Shown: one piece after another, positions 32,929-44,797 of the stretch
Numbering within the stretch: the stretch's first letter is position 1
Layout of the letters: every line of letters begins with the position of its first letter
Assembly: GCA_963517005.1 (NCBI GenBank)
Contig: CAUQDZ010000002.1
Coordinates: 12,198 to 76,197 of the forward strand
Reading direction: 5' to 3'
Length of the DNA: 64,000 nucleotides
DNA from: an uncultured bacterium
GTDB lineage: Bacteria; Patescibacteriota; Gracilibacteria; Absconditabacterales; Absconditicoccaceae
Program-made: the position numbers and the translations under genes
Notes under the pieces: model-generated
What the model was told of the DNA's origin: nothing
Seen by the model: the letters and a program-made list of their open reading frames with translations, nothing else
Databases searched by the model: none

Positions 32929-33900
32929 TTATTTTTTGTGCAAAATTACTTGAGCGACTTCTCAGTTGGGAATAAGCGGTTCGCTTGGTTCTAGAGTAAT
33001 TAGATAAGCTCCCGTTATATTTTCCGAGGGCGAAATAGTCAATACAGAAGCTTTCAGTTTTTTATCTTTTATGAGCATATCAAGAGTTGAATCCTGATTT
33101 CGCTCGAAAAATTCTCATGAATTGACTAGAATTTCAAGCTGTTTAATCGGATGAGAGAGTCTAAAAGCAAGCTGACCTTTTTCGACATCTTGTCCGCCTG
33201 TGAGCAAGATCTCAGCTACGGTTCAAGAAACAGGAGCTCTCAGTTGTAGTGCTGCATATTGATACAAAGCATCTCGATAAGCGAGTTCTGCTGAGGAGAT
33301 TTGCTGTGCAATATTCTCTTTCTTGCTAAAATATTCGGATTTTGCTTCAGCAAGAGCTGTTTTACTAGTTCTAAAATCTTTTTCTGCGGATTCAAGTTTG
33401 CTAGCAAGGTTAGAGACCAGTTCAGGAGAAAGTTTTTCCTCTTGTAGAGATTTATCTCGTTGGGAAAGGAGTAAGTGATAGTTTTGTTCAGCTTTTTCAG
33501 CTTTTTTTTGTAAAAGAGTAATGGTTTCTTGTTGCTTTCATAGTCCCTTTTTTGCTTCAAGAGAGAGTTGAAGGCGAATGTTTTCGTATTGTGCTTGATC
33601 AGCATAGTGCATTTGTGAGTCTTGGATTTCCAAAATAGGCTGTCCTCCTTTGACTTCCTCTCCAATAGTTACGAGAGGACGGATCATTTTCCCATATACG
33701 ATTGAGGAGACATCAATTATTTCCCCTCCTGTTAGGACCGCAGGTTTGATAATCAATGCACTTCCGCTCAAGAGCGATTCAGGTTGAGATTCTTGTTGTT
33801 CAAAAAAAGAAAAGGAGAGCTTAAATCCAAAACGAAGGATAAGCATCAATCCAAGTCCTATTACAAAACCAGATCCAATTCGCAATAATTTTCTTTTCAT
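32929..33900 (-). CDS. HlyD-family membrane fusion / periplasmic adaptor protein
   Basis: N-terminal TM helix, lipoyl-like ...GGQPILEIQD, long coiled coil, then RAPVS-[TGA=G]-TVAEILLTGGQDV (the A-P-x-x-G-x-V pattern). In frame with track ORF 33538..33900. Stop TAA (rc) at 32929-32931. Confidence 0.7.
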
Positions 33901-33961
33901 CTTTGAGATAAAAACAAGATAAAAAGTCTGTTTTTTATTTTTGTTTATTTTTGGAGGGGAG

Positions 33962-36676
33962 TTATGATTTTTTTTGCATTTTTAGCTTTTGAATCTTAAT
34001 TTCCAAAGTGAGAAGCTGATCTTTAATCATTGCATATTCATCTTCTTTTTCTTCGACTTTGAGAGGATCAGCAAGAGGAGAGCTATTGAGCATAATCAAA
34101 ACATCCTTGACAGTTTGTAGATAGGTTTGTTTATCGTGATATTGCTTTTCCAATTCGGAAAGTTCATCTTTTTTACATTCGCTTGTCGCATCAGCAACTC
34201 CTAGCTCGCCATCAAGTAACTTAAAACTTGAAAAGTTACGGGGAATTGGCTCATTTCTTTCGCTCATTAAAATCTGATCAACAGAAAGAAGTGAGGAAAG
34301 TACGGTTTGGTTTTCCAAAAGCAAATTGAAGGTTTCTTGGCTTCCTTTATGAAAGAGTGTGATTTTTTGATGTTTTTTAAGTTTAAGTTCTGATTTTTTC
34401 TCAGAAATTTTATGAATCAGATCAAAAAGTTTGTAAATCTTAAAATCTTTTGGACAAGAAAGGTTAAAGCTTGAGCAGCATTGAGACTCTTTACCTATAA
34501 GATGAAGTATTTGCCCCCTCATCTCAGTAAGATATGGGCCCAAAAGCTCTATTAGTTCTAAGAAAATCGTTCCTGCAATATGATAATCTCAATAAATGTC
34601 TAGTTTTTTGATGCATTCCAAGTATCGAGAAAAATCTTTTTTGGTGAAATCTTGTACTCTAGAGATAAACAAAGAAGCAGATCAGTTTTTTTCATTATTT
34701 TGTGCGAGATCTTTGAGTACTGTACACTGTTCAAATATCCATAAGTCTAAAGCAGTTGCACTTGCATTGCTTTGTTCAAAGGCACTGTGTTCGTAGAGTC
34801 GCTTAAAGAGATTTCGCAAATGATTGTGGTAATCATAGGTTTGATCGAGAGACTCCTGATCAGGTTTGATCTGTTGAGCAAAAAGCCAAGTTATTGTATC
34901 TCGACCATATTCTTGTATTTGTGTTAAAGTTTTTTCTGTCCACAAATTTTTTCAAAATCAAAAATTTACATCGATAAATTCATATTCTTTATGTTTTCCT
35001 TTGAGGAAATCAATTAACAAGAGAATAGTCTGTGTTTGCTGGTGTGTATTTAGTGCAAGAGCAAAGGGCTTTTTGAGTTGATCTCTCAAAAGTGAAATTG
35101 CAAAAGTATCCAAAATTTGTTCATCTCGCACTCATAAAAGAGGAGCTTTATTGGGTAAAAAATTTTCTTTAATAAAAAGTAAAGAAAGCTGATCTGGACT
35201 GAGTTTGATCCCTGGATCTTGATTTTCTAAATCGAGTAAGAATGTAATTTGCTCTTCTTCACTGGCTTGTTTAAAGTCCTCAATAGCTCTCAAAAAAATC
35301 TCTTTCTCTCAAAATGCTTCTCATATTAATTGAAGATCATGTTCAGGAATTAAAAAACACAGATCAATCAAATCATTGAATGCAAGTGTCTCTTTAATTT
35401 TTCACTCTAACAATAAGCTCGCAAGTAAAAAAGGGAGAGGCTTTGTTTTGTTGACGATACTTGCTGGCGTATAGAATATTTTTTCTCCCTCATAGGCAAA
35501 ATATTGTCCATAAGGATTGTTGACTTGAGCAAGGATTTTTGTCTCAAATTGAGAAAACTGTTTAGATATATTTTCACCATAATGCTCTTGAATCCAAGCA
35601 AAGAAATCTTCCGCTAGCTCAGTATAGTCTAGTGTGAGTTGGGGGAGAACTTTTTTGAGGAGACGATTTCCTGAAAGTGTAGAATACGCTACTTTTTGAA
35701 CTTGAGTAGTTTCTTCTGCTAAGTTCCCAATTTCTTTTAATCCCAAAATAATATTATCAATATTTTGCAAGATGTTATACTTTATACCTATATTTTCGCT
35801 CTTTTTTTCATTGCTAACAACAGCTTTTTGTACAAAATCCTCTTGTAAATTACCATTCTCATCGATAATGTTTTCATCAATTGGTAGTCAGAGTTCTTTT
35901 ACTTTTTCCAAATGCTGAGGAGATAAAAGAGGATTGATACGGACGATTCCATTGTTTTTCAGTGTATCGATACCATCAGCTCAGAGGATCGGAATTTTTT
36001 TGTTAATAATTGGAAGAATAATATTCTTACCTATAAATTTCTTATATCTTTTGTCGTTGTTATGCACCACTACTGCAACATCAGAAAAAAACGTAGTTAA
36101 GTCATCTACAACAAGAGTTAAGACTTCTCCTTTCGCTTCTACAAAACATTTAATTTGCAAAAGAGGTTGCTCTTCCTCTTTCCAAATGATATGTTCAGCA
36201 TGTACAGGAGTCTGATAATAGGTATCCCGATATACTAGTTGTGGAGTATATTTCCATAATTTTTTCTCACTAAAAAGATCACAAATTTCTTGAATTTTAC
36301 TACTATTGAGACTAGAAAAAGAAAAAGTCTGGTGTTCACCAAGGAAAACCTTAAGACTTTGGTCAGATTTTTTAAGATTTCTTATTTGAGTATGAGAGAT
36401 TCTCTGTTTCTTTGCAAAAAAGGGAAGGTTTGTTTTTTTCTGTAGGCATGATTGATAATTTTGTGTCTCTTGAGAAAATAACACAAGTGGAGAAAAGTTT
36501 TTCTGTTTATTGTGTAAAAGTGATTGAGTATAGAATTTCCAAGATGCAAGACTTTCTCGAGATTTAAGGCTAAGAGGATCAAGTGTTGGCAAAATTAGGG
36601 GATAATATCCATCGACATCGAAAGTCTTATGATGAATTTTTCAGATTTTATGATGATATTTTTTGTTTATAAGCAT
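33962..36676 (-). CDS. valyl-tRNA-synthetase-like protein (904 aa) without recognisable HIGH or KMSKS signatures
   Basis: Track ORFs 35981..36592, 35402..35770, 34682..34945 and 33962..34543 share one frame, and all joins were read with only TGA between them. VAVVVHNNDKRYKKFIGKNIILPIINKKIPIL-G-ADGIDTLKNNGIVRINP parallels the ValRS CP1/editing region. The C-terminus is a ValRS-like coiled coil. The position aligned to P-P-P-N-x-T-G-x-L-H-x-G-H reads PTLDPLSLKSRES. Confidence 0.55.
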
Positions 36677-36729
36677 GAAGACTAGATTTTTGGATAAAAA
36701 ATATTCAAAAGATAAGGCAAAAAGTCTGA

Positions 36730-38445
36730 CTAAATTGCGTTTTCGTCACTACGATACGAATAAAGTCTATAGATCAAGTATCCAAGCATTGTAAGGGTCA
36801 AAATTAGCATCATATCTTCTACTGGTCCAACCTTGACTTTTTGAGCTTCGGTGAGCACAGCTTTGTTCCCATCAGCACAGAGTGCTTCTACACTATAGTA
36901 AGCATAAACATCTTCTTTTGAAGTCTTATCAAAAGGATATTCGAATCTAGTCAATTCTGTTTCGCCCAGAAAAGCTTTATCTGTGTTGTCTGCAAAGTCT
37001 GATTTATATACTAGGTATTTTGTTGCATTTTCTACTTTATTTCGTACTAGGTAATATTTATTTCCAATTTTTTGGGTTGAAACCTTGATATTTTTGACTA
37101 CACAGGTTGGGAGTGCAGCAGTTGGATGATCTGGAGTCATTTCTAGTCCAGAAGCTGAAAGTGCAGTTTGATTTGGACCTGTTCCAGTGGCAATAGGCAT
37201 TGTGAATTCTAGTACATCTGATGGTACGCCATCTGGGATATTTGCTGTATTAAGAGGTTGTATCTTAAAAAAATAATCTTTTCCATAAGTAAATCCTGAG
37301 AGCATAGCAACAGTTCCTGTTGTGATAGCAGTTCACGCAAGTTCATCTTTGTTTATTCCATACTGAATTGCATAGGCAGGACTGGATCCGCCTATCACTT
37401 TCCAATCAAGTTGAATTGCTCCAGCTAAAGTAGTCAAAGCCTGAATTTTGACTTCTCCGATCTGGATGTTGTCAGCGACTTCTAGTGTCAGCATTTTGTC
37501 GTATTTTTTCACCAAAGTCGGTCCAGCTGAAAGCTCAGAAGCAATATCAAGTGATCAAGTTTGTGTTAACATCAGTTCTTTGCTGAAAAGTCCATCTTTT
37601 TCTTTATCAAGAGGATATTGTTTGTCCCCAGGTAAAATAAGTTTAGCTGAGCTGACAGAATCTTCTGTTGCGAGTTCAAAACGAACTTTATTTCAGATTT
37701 TTAGATTTTGATTTGGAGTTGCAGTAATGGATTTGAGGAGATTTTCAGATTGTCCTTGATAGGTAAAAACAAGCTTGTCTGAGGCTCAAACTTCCTCATT
37801 AGTTACAGAAAGGGCCTTGAGTTGTAAAACATTAGTTCAAAACTTAAGTCCTGAGATACTATCTCTAACAAGCCCATTGTTATCGGTTGTTGTTTCTTTT
37901 GCGAGTTCATCATTAAGAAGGATTTGTACACGAGCATTAGGCAGATCCTCAGCTGTAGCCATTACATCGATGGTAGACTGATTTTCTTCAACTCATGCAC
38001 TAGGGGAGAGAATATCGATCTTTTTTACATCAGTTCTTTTGTCCGAAGATACAATAACTGTTGTCGATCCTGAAATAGAATCATTTGAAAAATCAGTGAC
38101 ATTCACAGTAAAATTTCCTGGTTTGGTAATTAGAAGGCCTTTTGTATATTTTTTACTTCCTTGATCAGTAAGCCCAAGTTCTAAGATTCCCCCATTGGAA
38201 ATAGTTGCATCTGTCAAAGTTAATTTTGAAGAATTTCCCTTTGAAGCAGAATCTACTGTCATAAAAACCATTCCTGTGTAGTTTTTCATCACTTGCTTGT
38301 TTTTGATCGCCTTCACGGTAAAATCCACTGCTTGATTGACTGCAAATGATGAGGGTGAAACTTCAATCTGAAAAGCATCAGGAGAAACTGCAAAAGTTAT
38401 CCCTAATAAGGCAATCATCAAACTTGATGCTAAAATCCTTTTCAT
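36730..38445 (-). CDS. secreted Ig/FN3-like repeat surface protein with a C-terminal TM anchor (571 aa)
   Basis: Track ORFs 37993..38445, 37333..37515 and 36730..37305 are in the same frame. Every triplet between them was checked for TAA/TAG and none found. Signal peptide MKRILASSLMIALLGITFA, beta-rich repeats, C-terminal helix MMLILTLTMLGYLIY. Confidence 0.6.
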
Positions 38446-38476
38446 AACTTAACAAATAGGTCAAAAAAATAAAATA

Positions 38477-38974
38477 TTATTCATCGTGATGATGGTGTTC
38501 TCAGAGATTTCCAATACTGAGTCAGTGTTTTACTCCGTTTGAGTCGAGAAAGAGAGCTTCAGCAACAACGACTTGTCCTTCTTCTCCTTCAAAATGTATT
38601 TCAAAAAGATGTTGATTCAGAGGGTTGTTCTTGTAGTTTGAAAGTACAATATCCATAGTTCCAGTGTGTGTCGTCCAAGACTCGAGATAGCCAGACAAGG
38701 AGTCTGATTTTAAGCTTATTTTTTCTGGATTATATTGAAGTTGGAGTTTGAGTTTTCATTGAGTAGGAAGTCTCTCTGATCAAAAAAGCTCAAAAATCTG
38801 ATCTTCAGCCTTGTATGCTACATCTCGACCGGAGTCTTTGATTTGAGAGATCTCAGCAATATCCAAAACACTGGCAGTCATTAGACCTCATTGTTGGGCA
38901 AGTTGAAAAAGCCCCCGTCCGAGCAGCCCTCACACTACAATAATCCCAAAGTTTTTCAAAAGTTTCGTCCGCAT
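38477..38974 (-). CDS. hypothetical membrane-anchored protein with a His-rich C-terminus (165 aa)
   Basis: Reconstructed through 6 TGAs, 166 codons counted. N-terminal hydrophobic helix. Ends ...EHHHHDE. Confidence 0.4.
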
Positions 38975-39296
38975 CTCAAAAATTGGAATAAAATACACAA
39001 GTATACCTTATATCATAGCAAAATTCAAGAAAAAGTCAAACCGAAAAAAGAAAAAACTGATTTAGAATTCTGTTTTTTTTCTTTTGATTTTTTTAGTCAA
39101 AAAAAACTTCTTGACAAATGGATAGAAATATTAAAAAAGAATATTTTTTCTGTCACAAAATGCAGGGTAATTCGTACATTTGAATGTAGCAAAAGAAGTA
39201 TTCCAAATTAGACAAGAAACTTGCATAATTTTCCCTTCAAGTTTCACTCAAAATATGCTTTAGCACCTTTATTTCTCAAAAATCCATGCTAAGATT

Positions 39297-40643
39297 ATGA
39301 AATTGTCCACATTCTTTCAGGAGCAGCAACGCATAAAGATAAGCGATCAACAAAAGCTCCAACTGTACCATCTTATTCAACAAAAAAAGTCCAAAAGTCA
39401 GACTTCCCTCATCAAGAGAGCTGTTTTTCACAAGCAGTTACGATATTCTTTGATGAGTTTGACAATGATTTTTGTATTTTTTGGTACATATTTTTGGAAT
39501 AATTTAGAAACTAGGGATTATAGAGCATTTTTCTCACACAAGCTTCCCTCTCTCAATAGTGCACAAGCTGACCAGATTGCCAAGATACAAGAGATCAATT
39601 GAGATTATATCATCGAAAAGGATGGTAAACAATTTCACAACTCAGTCCTTTTTGATTGAGATTTGATCACTTTAAAACCTAATGCAAAAGTGATTTTTAA
39701 TATCAATGAAAGTACACAAGTCGAAGTAAAAGGTCCTGCACAGTTTAGTATTAGTAAAAAGCTACAAGGTGGTTACTTGCTTAAGCTGATTGATGGTGAG
39801 TTTTTCAAAATCACTACTGACCGCTCTCAAGATGCACTCACTATTGAAACTCCAAAGCTTAGCTTAGAAACTGAAAAATCTCAAAAGATAAATCTTGAAC
39901 TTACAAAAATTACCACAAAACTTCAGGTTAAAAATCAAGGAGATCCATTGCTTGTAGCACAAAAAGACGAGAAGCAGAAAAGGGTAACTAAAACATTAGC
40001 TTCTGCAAAAGTTCTTACTGTTCAAGAAAACGACATTAATCGTATTGAGGATATGTTCAGCTTTTCAAAATCAATTCTCGCTGGTAATCTCACTCATACT
40101 TCTAGTTCATCAAGCGTGGTGGTTACAACAGGAGAAAAATCTGAATTTACAGGAACGATTATCACTTGAGACAAAGAGCTTCTCGCTATTAAAGAACTTG
40201 TACAAGAAGAGGGAGTAGTCAATACGGGTATTATTGCTACGATTTCAGATACTCAATCTAATAAGAAAGTTCCTACAGAAGCTCAGATGAGTCATATTAG
40301 TGCTGCTCTTAGTTCAAGCTTCCTTGCTGATGAAGTCAAAGTTCTCTATGTTGCACTCTATTCTCAGGATGCTACTCAAGTGGAACGTTCTTATATACGA
40401 TTCAATAGCAAGATCCAGGCTATTGCCCAAAATTTTGCACTACCTGTGCCAACTGGAAAAACAGCAAGTGAACTCTCGCAATCAGTGGAAAGTCTACTCT
40501 CTGGACTTAACAGTTATCATATTCCTCCAACTAAGATGGTGCAACTTAGAAAGCTTAGAAACTGGTTTAATAAGTTAAAAGCTCAGCCAACTGAAAGTTG
40601 GGAAGATTTTAGTCAGCATATTCCTACAAATCTCAAGTTTTAA
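39297..40643 (+). CDS. single-pass membrane protein, possibly with a FecR-like domain (448 aa)
   Basis: Track ORFs 39297.., 39663.. and 40287.. share frame 0 and are joined by TGA. TM helix LMSLTMIFVFFGTYFW. The following ...ITLKPNAKVIFNINESTQVEVKG... loosely resembles a FecR fold. No sigma factor gene is adjacent. Confidence 0.45.
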
Positions 40644-40675
40644 TCAATACTCTTATATCAAGAGAAAAAACAAAG

Positions 40676-40701
40676 GAGAAGTTCAGACTTCTCTTTTTTT
40701 T
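40676..40701 (+). terminator. rho-independent terminator
   Basis: gagaagt-tcag-acttctc hairpin followed by a T-run. Confidence 0.65.
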
Positions 40702-40766
40702 ATTTTTTTGCTTTTTTTTGAAAAATAACTATACTGAGAGGAGATCGTTTATTTTTGACAAACCCA

Positions 40767-42161
40767 ATGCCAAAAACACATTTGAAAAATGCTCCATCAG
40801 CAACAAAAAAAACAAAAAAGCTGATTTTATTCAGAGATCGAATCTTTAATCTCGCAAAAGTTCCAATGGAAATTAGGGAAGTTTCACTTTCTTTATTTCT
40901 TTTTACAATAGGATGGGGACTAGGAGGAGATACGTTTTTTTCTGTTTATATGAAAAATATCATTGGAACAGGGATCTGATTGACTTTGATCGGAACACTT
41001 TTGCCATTGATTAAGCTCTTTATTGTTATGCCAATTTGAACCCTCAATGATAAGGGACATGGGAAAAATCTCCTTTTGAGTGGAAAGATGTTTTATGCCT
41101 TTTCTGCATTGTTTTACTTTTTAGCAGGAGTCAATCAATCAGCCTTGTTACTCGTAATCGCGGTGATATTCAACGGGATCTGAAGCGCAACGATGTATAC
41201 AACCTATCGTAGTCTTTATGGAAACAATAGTTGTAGCGAAAATAGAACTCAGGTTTTTTGAGTTTATTTTTCAAGTATCAATATCGCTTATGTGATTGGA
41301 GCGATTATTAGTAGTTGGTTGGTATGATGGTTAGATTTGCCATATATGTACTTATTTATTGTGATTTTCGGAATATTGTCAATTTTGCAAGATGGGAATA
41401 TTCAGGATTTTATCCATCATAAAGTAGTGCACAAACGAAAACCGTTTGGTAAAAAACGAGAAAAAAAACTGAATCCAAACTACAGGTTAGTAAAAGATTT
41501 TGAATCTTTGCACAACTATCTGGGAAAATGAGGATTTCTCCATAATTTTTGGAAAGAGATTTTTTCTCTTAAGGCATGGAAAAGGACCTTTGCAGCACTT
41601 AGATCTTATCAGCGAGATATGAAAGTCGCACTCGGGACTCAGTCTTTAGTCAATTTTGTTAATTATGTTGGATATTTATTTATTCCACTTATCGCAATTG
41701 AGAAGAATCTTTCACTTTCTGAAATTGCATTGCTTTTTGGTGCGATGAAGTTGCCCTATTTAGTCAATATTTTTATCTGAAATCTCGGTGATAGATACAA
41801 TAAAAAATTAATGATAAGTTTGTTGTTCTCAATTTGTGCAGTATTCTTTGTCTTGATGGGGAGTTTGAGTTCATTTGGTGCAATTTTAGGGATTTGTTTT
41901 GGAATTTCACTTATGGTGGCGATCCTTCAGCCAATCTCCACCGCTTTGATCACGAGTTATGCTAGACCAGAAGACAAGGGGCTAATGGCAGGACTGAGTG
42001 AATTAGTGAGTAAAATAGGAGAAATTGCAGGGTCGCTGGGATTTGGAATTTTGAGCGGAGTTTTTGGTATACAGGTAGCTTTTCAACTTGCTGGTCTTGG
42101 ACTGGGTATTCTCGGGGGATACACTTTAGTCAAAAAAATCATAAAAAGAGGAGACAACTAA
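40767..42161 (+). CDS. MFS-type transporter
   Basis: Track ORFs 40755.., 41337.. and 41811.. share frame 0 and are joined by TGA (joins read). About 12 hydrophobic segments with a central basic loop. Start ATG 40767 (a TTG at 40755 is also possible). Confidence 0.75.
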
Positions 42162-42234
42162 ACCCCTCTTTTTTTGTTAGCAAACAGAAGACTAAAATCT
42201 GATTTTGAGCTTGTTTTAGCTTGCGATTGAAAAG

Positions 42235-43020
42235 TTATGGTAAAAATTCAAATCTTGGATACCAATATCGAGAAGCCACACTTTTGTAATAAGCTTGTGG
42301 ACTTAGCAAAAGATAGCGATCAGGAAAATCCCAGCTATAAAGCACAACATAAGGAAGATCAACTCCATAGCCAAAATTTTGAGCAGGAAACTTTGATGAA
42401 CAAGTCTGATCATACCCCCAAAATTCTTCATTCATATCCCCCGCTTCAGACAATTCTACTCCAATATCATACGGAGTTCTTAAAGTCCAAAAAGCTCACT
42501 CTTGCTCGGGGATAAACCTTGGATATACCCTATTTTTGGCTTCATATTCCTTTTTTGCTGAACTATTTTGTTTGAAGATACAATACGCCTGATCTTTGAA
42601 TCGTGCACCTCCAGGAGAATGATATTCTTCATAACTTCAGATTCCATAATCTTTTTCGAGCTGTTGTTGTAAAGAAATCTCAGGATCTTTAGGTTTTAGG
42701 ATATAATGCACTTGATGATCTCTTCCCAAAAAGAGCTCATTCCCACTCACCACTCCTGTAAGGTCTGCTGGATCAGGAAACTGAGGGTCTAAAGGATATA
42801 AATTAGATTTCTTGTCTGAAAGAGATAAGTGAATTTTTAACTTCATCTCAGGAACTAACACTTGATATACATCACCAGAAGTCTTTTGAAAAACTAGAGG
42901 AGAAGTCTGAGCTCAAACCTTACTCGTCTCCCATTTTTGAGAGTTTTGTGGAGTTGGACTAGATACATTGCTACATGCACAACACAGCATCGGTAATATA
43001 CAAAGCAATAATTTTTTCAT
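42235..43020 (-). CDS. secreted/lipoprotein-like hypothetical protein (261 aa)
   Basis: MKKLLLCILPMLCCACS signal. Track ORFs 42637..42861 and 42235..42453 share a frame, and the joins were read codon by codon. Confidence 0.55.
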
Positions 43021-43135
43021 TGCTAGAATAAATACGAAATAAAAAGCAAGTTTTTTCAAGATATAAATACAAATGAGCTGGAATTGGGAGATAAAGAAAG
43101 AGAGGATAGTATATCTATCCTCTTAAATACACTCA

Positions 43136-43423
43136 CTACTTCAATCCAATTGAGAAAGCATCATAGTAATTTACTCTATTTCTACCGTCAATTAGTGTAG
43201 TTCCTGATTCTGCCATACTATCAAGAAGTAAGGAATATTTTACATAGCGTCTGTTACTACCATTCCTCGTCTTGGCAAGAGGATCTAGATATGTTACTAT
43301 ACCATCTCCAGTAGCATCGGTATTGATTGCTATCAATACGATAACATGACCTCCAATATTTGAACTGTTCTCTTCTGGCTTAGAAGTAATGTAAAGAGGA
43401 GAAGTGCCAAGGTCCGGGTTCAT
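43136..43423 (-). CDS. short ORF resembling only the C-terminal (His-containing) half of a papain/C39-like peptidase; possibly a truncated remnant
   Basis: ...GGHVIVLIAINTDATGDGIVTYLDP...RRYVKYSLLLDSM... fits the G-H-x-V-V-x-G....V...DP pattern. No Cys-containing N-half is present, and a TAA lies 64 nt upstream in frame. Confidence 0.3.
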   Translation of the reverse strand: MNPDLGTSPLYITSKPEENSSNIGGHVIVLIAINTDATGDGIVTYLDPLAKTRNGSNRRYVKYSLLLDSMAESGTTLIDGRNRVNYYDAFSIGLK

Positions 43424-43438
43424 AAATTTGTCGAGTTC

Positions 43439-43513
43439 GTTGTTTATGAGAGAGATGTTTCTTTTATGATATCACGTATACTCTTTTTAATGTAAAAATC
43501 AAGTTTTTTCTAA
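43439..43513 (-). repeat. copy 1 of a ~75-87 bp repeated upstream (promoter-like) element
   Basis: gttgtttatgagaga..tttcttttatgatat...atactc.ttttaa..atgtaaaaatcaagttttttctaa recurs at 45405-45491. Confidence 0.7.
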
Positions 43514-43732
43514 GAAGAGGGGGGCAAGAAAATACTATTTGCATTCTTCTAGATTTATAGATCTAAATTCTTTATCCTCTCTTTGCACCATTATACTTTA
43601 TAGGATCTAAAAGCTCAACTCTCTTTTATAAATTAGTGGTGTATTTTGTAGTATAATGAATCACTTTACCTTGATTTTATTCTTTTTTTCATTATTTTTT
43701 AACTCGGATGTTTTATTTTTCACAAATCAACG

Positions 43733-44110
43733 ATGAAACGACAACTACCCACTTTTCCAAAATCTACGAGATATTTTTTCCTACTTTCTTTTGGCTATAC
43801 CTTTGTAGTATTACTTACAACTATTGTAAATTTTTTATCGTATGCTAAAGTTGTTTGACAAATCTCTAGTCCTGATGAAAACCTTCAACTCAATTATATG
43901 GTGTACTTTTTCCCTACCTTAGCCGCACAAATGTACTACTATATGATTTTTTGAATTATTATTTTCTGTCTTGGTTTTATATTTAATGAACTTTATCTAT
44001 GGAAAAAGAAGGCTTTTGTTGGGAAAAACTTCTTGTATAGTTTTATTTGGCTTTTGATTTGTTCCTTACTATTGGTAAGTGGACATTTAATTCTATGAAA
44101 TGGGCATTAA
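43733..44110 (+). CDS. small multi-pass membrane protein, paralog copy 2
   Basis: MKRQLPTFPKSTRYFFLLSFGYTF... 126 codons counted through 3 TGAs to TAA 44108-44110. Inverted paralog of 21307..21744. Confidence 0.55.
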
Positions 44111-44130
44111 GTATTTTATTACAAGATAGA

Positions 44131-44162
44131 AAAAGAAGGATAGAATTCTACCCTTCTTTTTT
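44131..44162. terminator. palindromic hairpin shared by convergent genes (copy 2)
   Basis: agaaggatagaattctacccttct with flanking A and T runs. One mismatch relative to the copy at 21273-21306. Confidence 0.55.
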
Positions 44163-44167
44163 AGACT

Positions 44168-44797
44168 CTAGAAATTATTTGTTCCATAAAAAACATTTTT
44201 ATCTAGCTGAATAACATCTCCACTCAAAATAATTGGATAACAAACTTTGATCTCTTTTATTGCTTGATTCCTAGCTCATATACGATAGCTTCCGTTATAG
44301 CAGATTTTATATTCATGCAATCATAAACGAGGAAGTAATGATACTTCTAGTGTTTCAATTTCCAAAGGAAGATTATCAAGATTTTGCTCGCGATACGCTA
44401 AGGGAGACGAAAAGTAGGCTAAACTTTTTGGGTCTTTAAGTAATTTGATAAGATTAGAGTTTTGAGTATATTTTTGATAAAGAGAGGATCTCGCTAAAAA
44501 ATAACTAATCTTTTCAAGAGGAGCAATATCTGGTTCATCGTGCTCTGTTGCGATAACATAGAGCAGATGGAGCATATCTCGATCCAAAAATCTAATCCAC
44601 AAATATCTTCACCCCACACAGAAAAATACAAATAGAAATCCAAATAGAATATACTTCTTTTTCATAGGAATCTTAGGCATAATTCCAAAAAAAGTGTAAA
44701 AAATAAAGGGAAGTAGTGATGTAAACATCCAAATTCTAGATATATCAATATCCTCTATGTCAAAAATTACTAAAGAAGAGAAATTAACCGTTTCCAT
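44168..44797 (-). CDS. hypothetical membrane protein (209 aa)
   Basis: Track ORFs 44609..44797 and 44321..44602 share a frame. Extended through TGAs to TAG (rc) at 44168-44170. Confidence 0.4.

Noticed and set aside
38891-39211. 106-aa plus-strand track ORF in the divergent region between 38974 and 39297.
   Set aside because: Its 5' part overlaps the minus-strand gene 38477..38974. The remainder is A/T-rich, low-complexity, Lys-rich sequence in what is probably a divergent promoter region.
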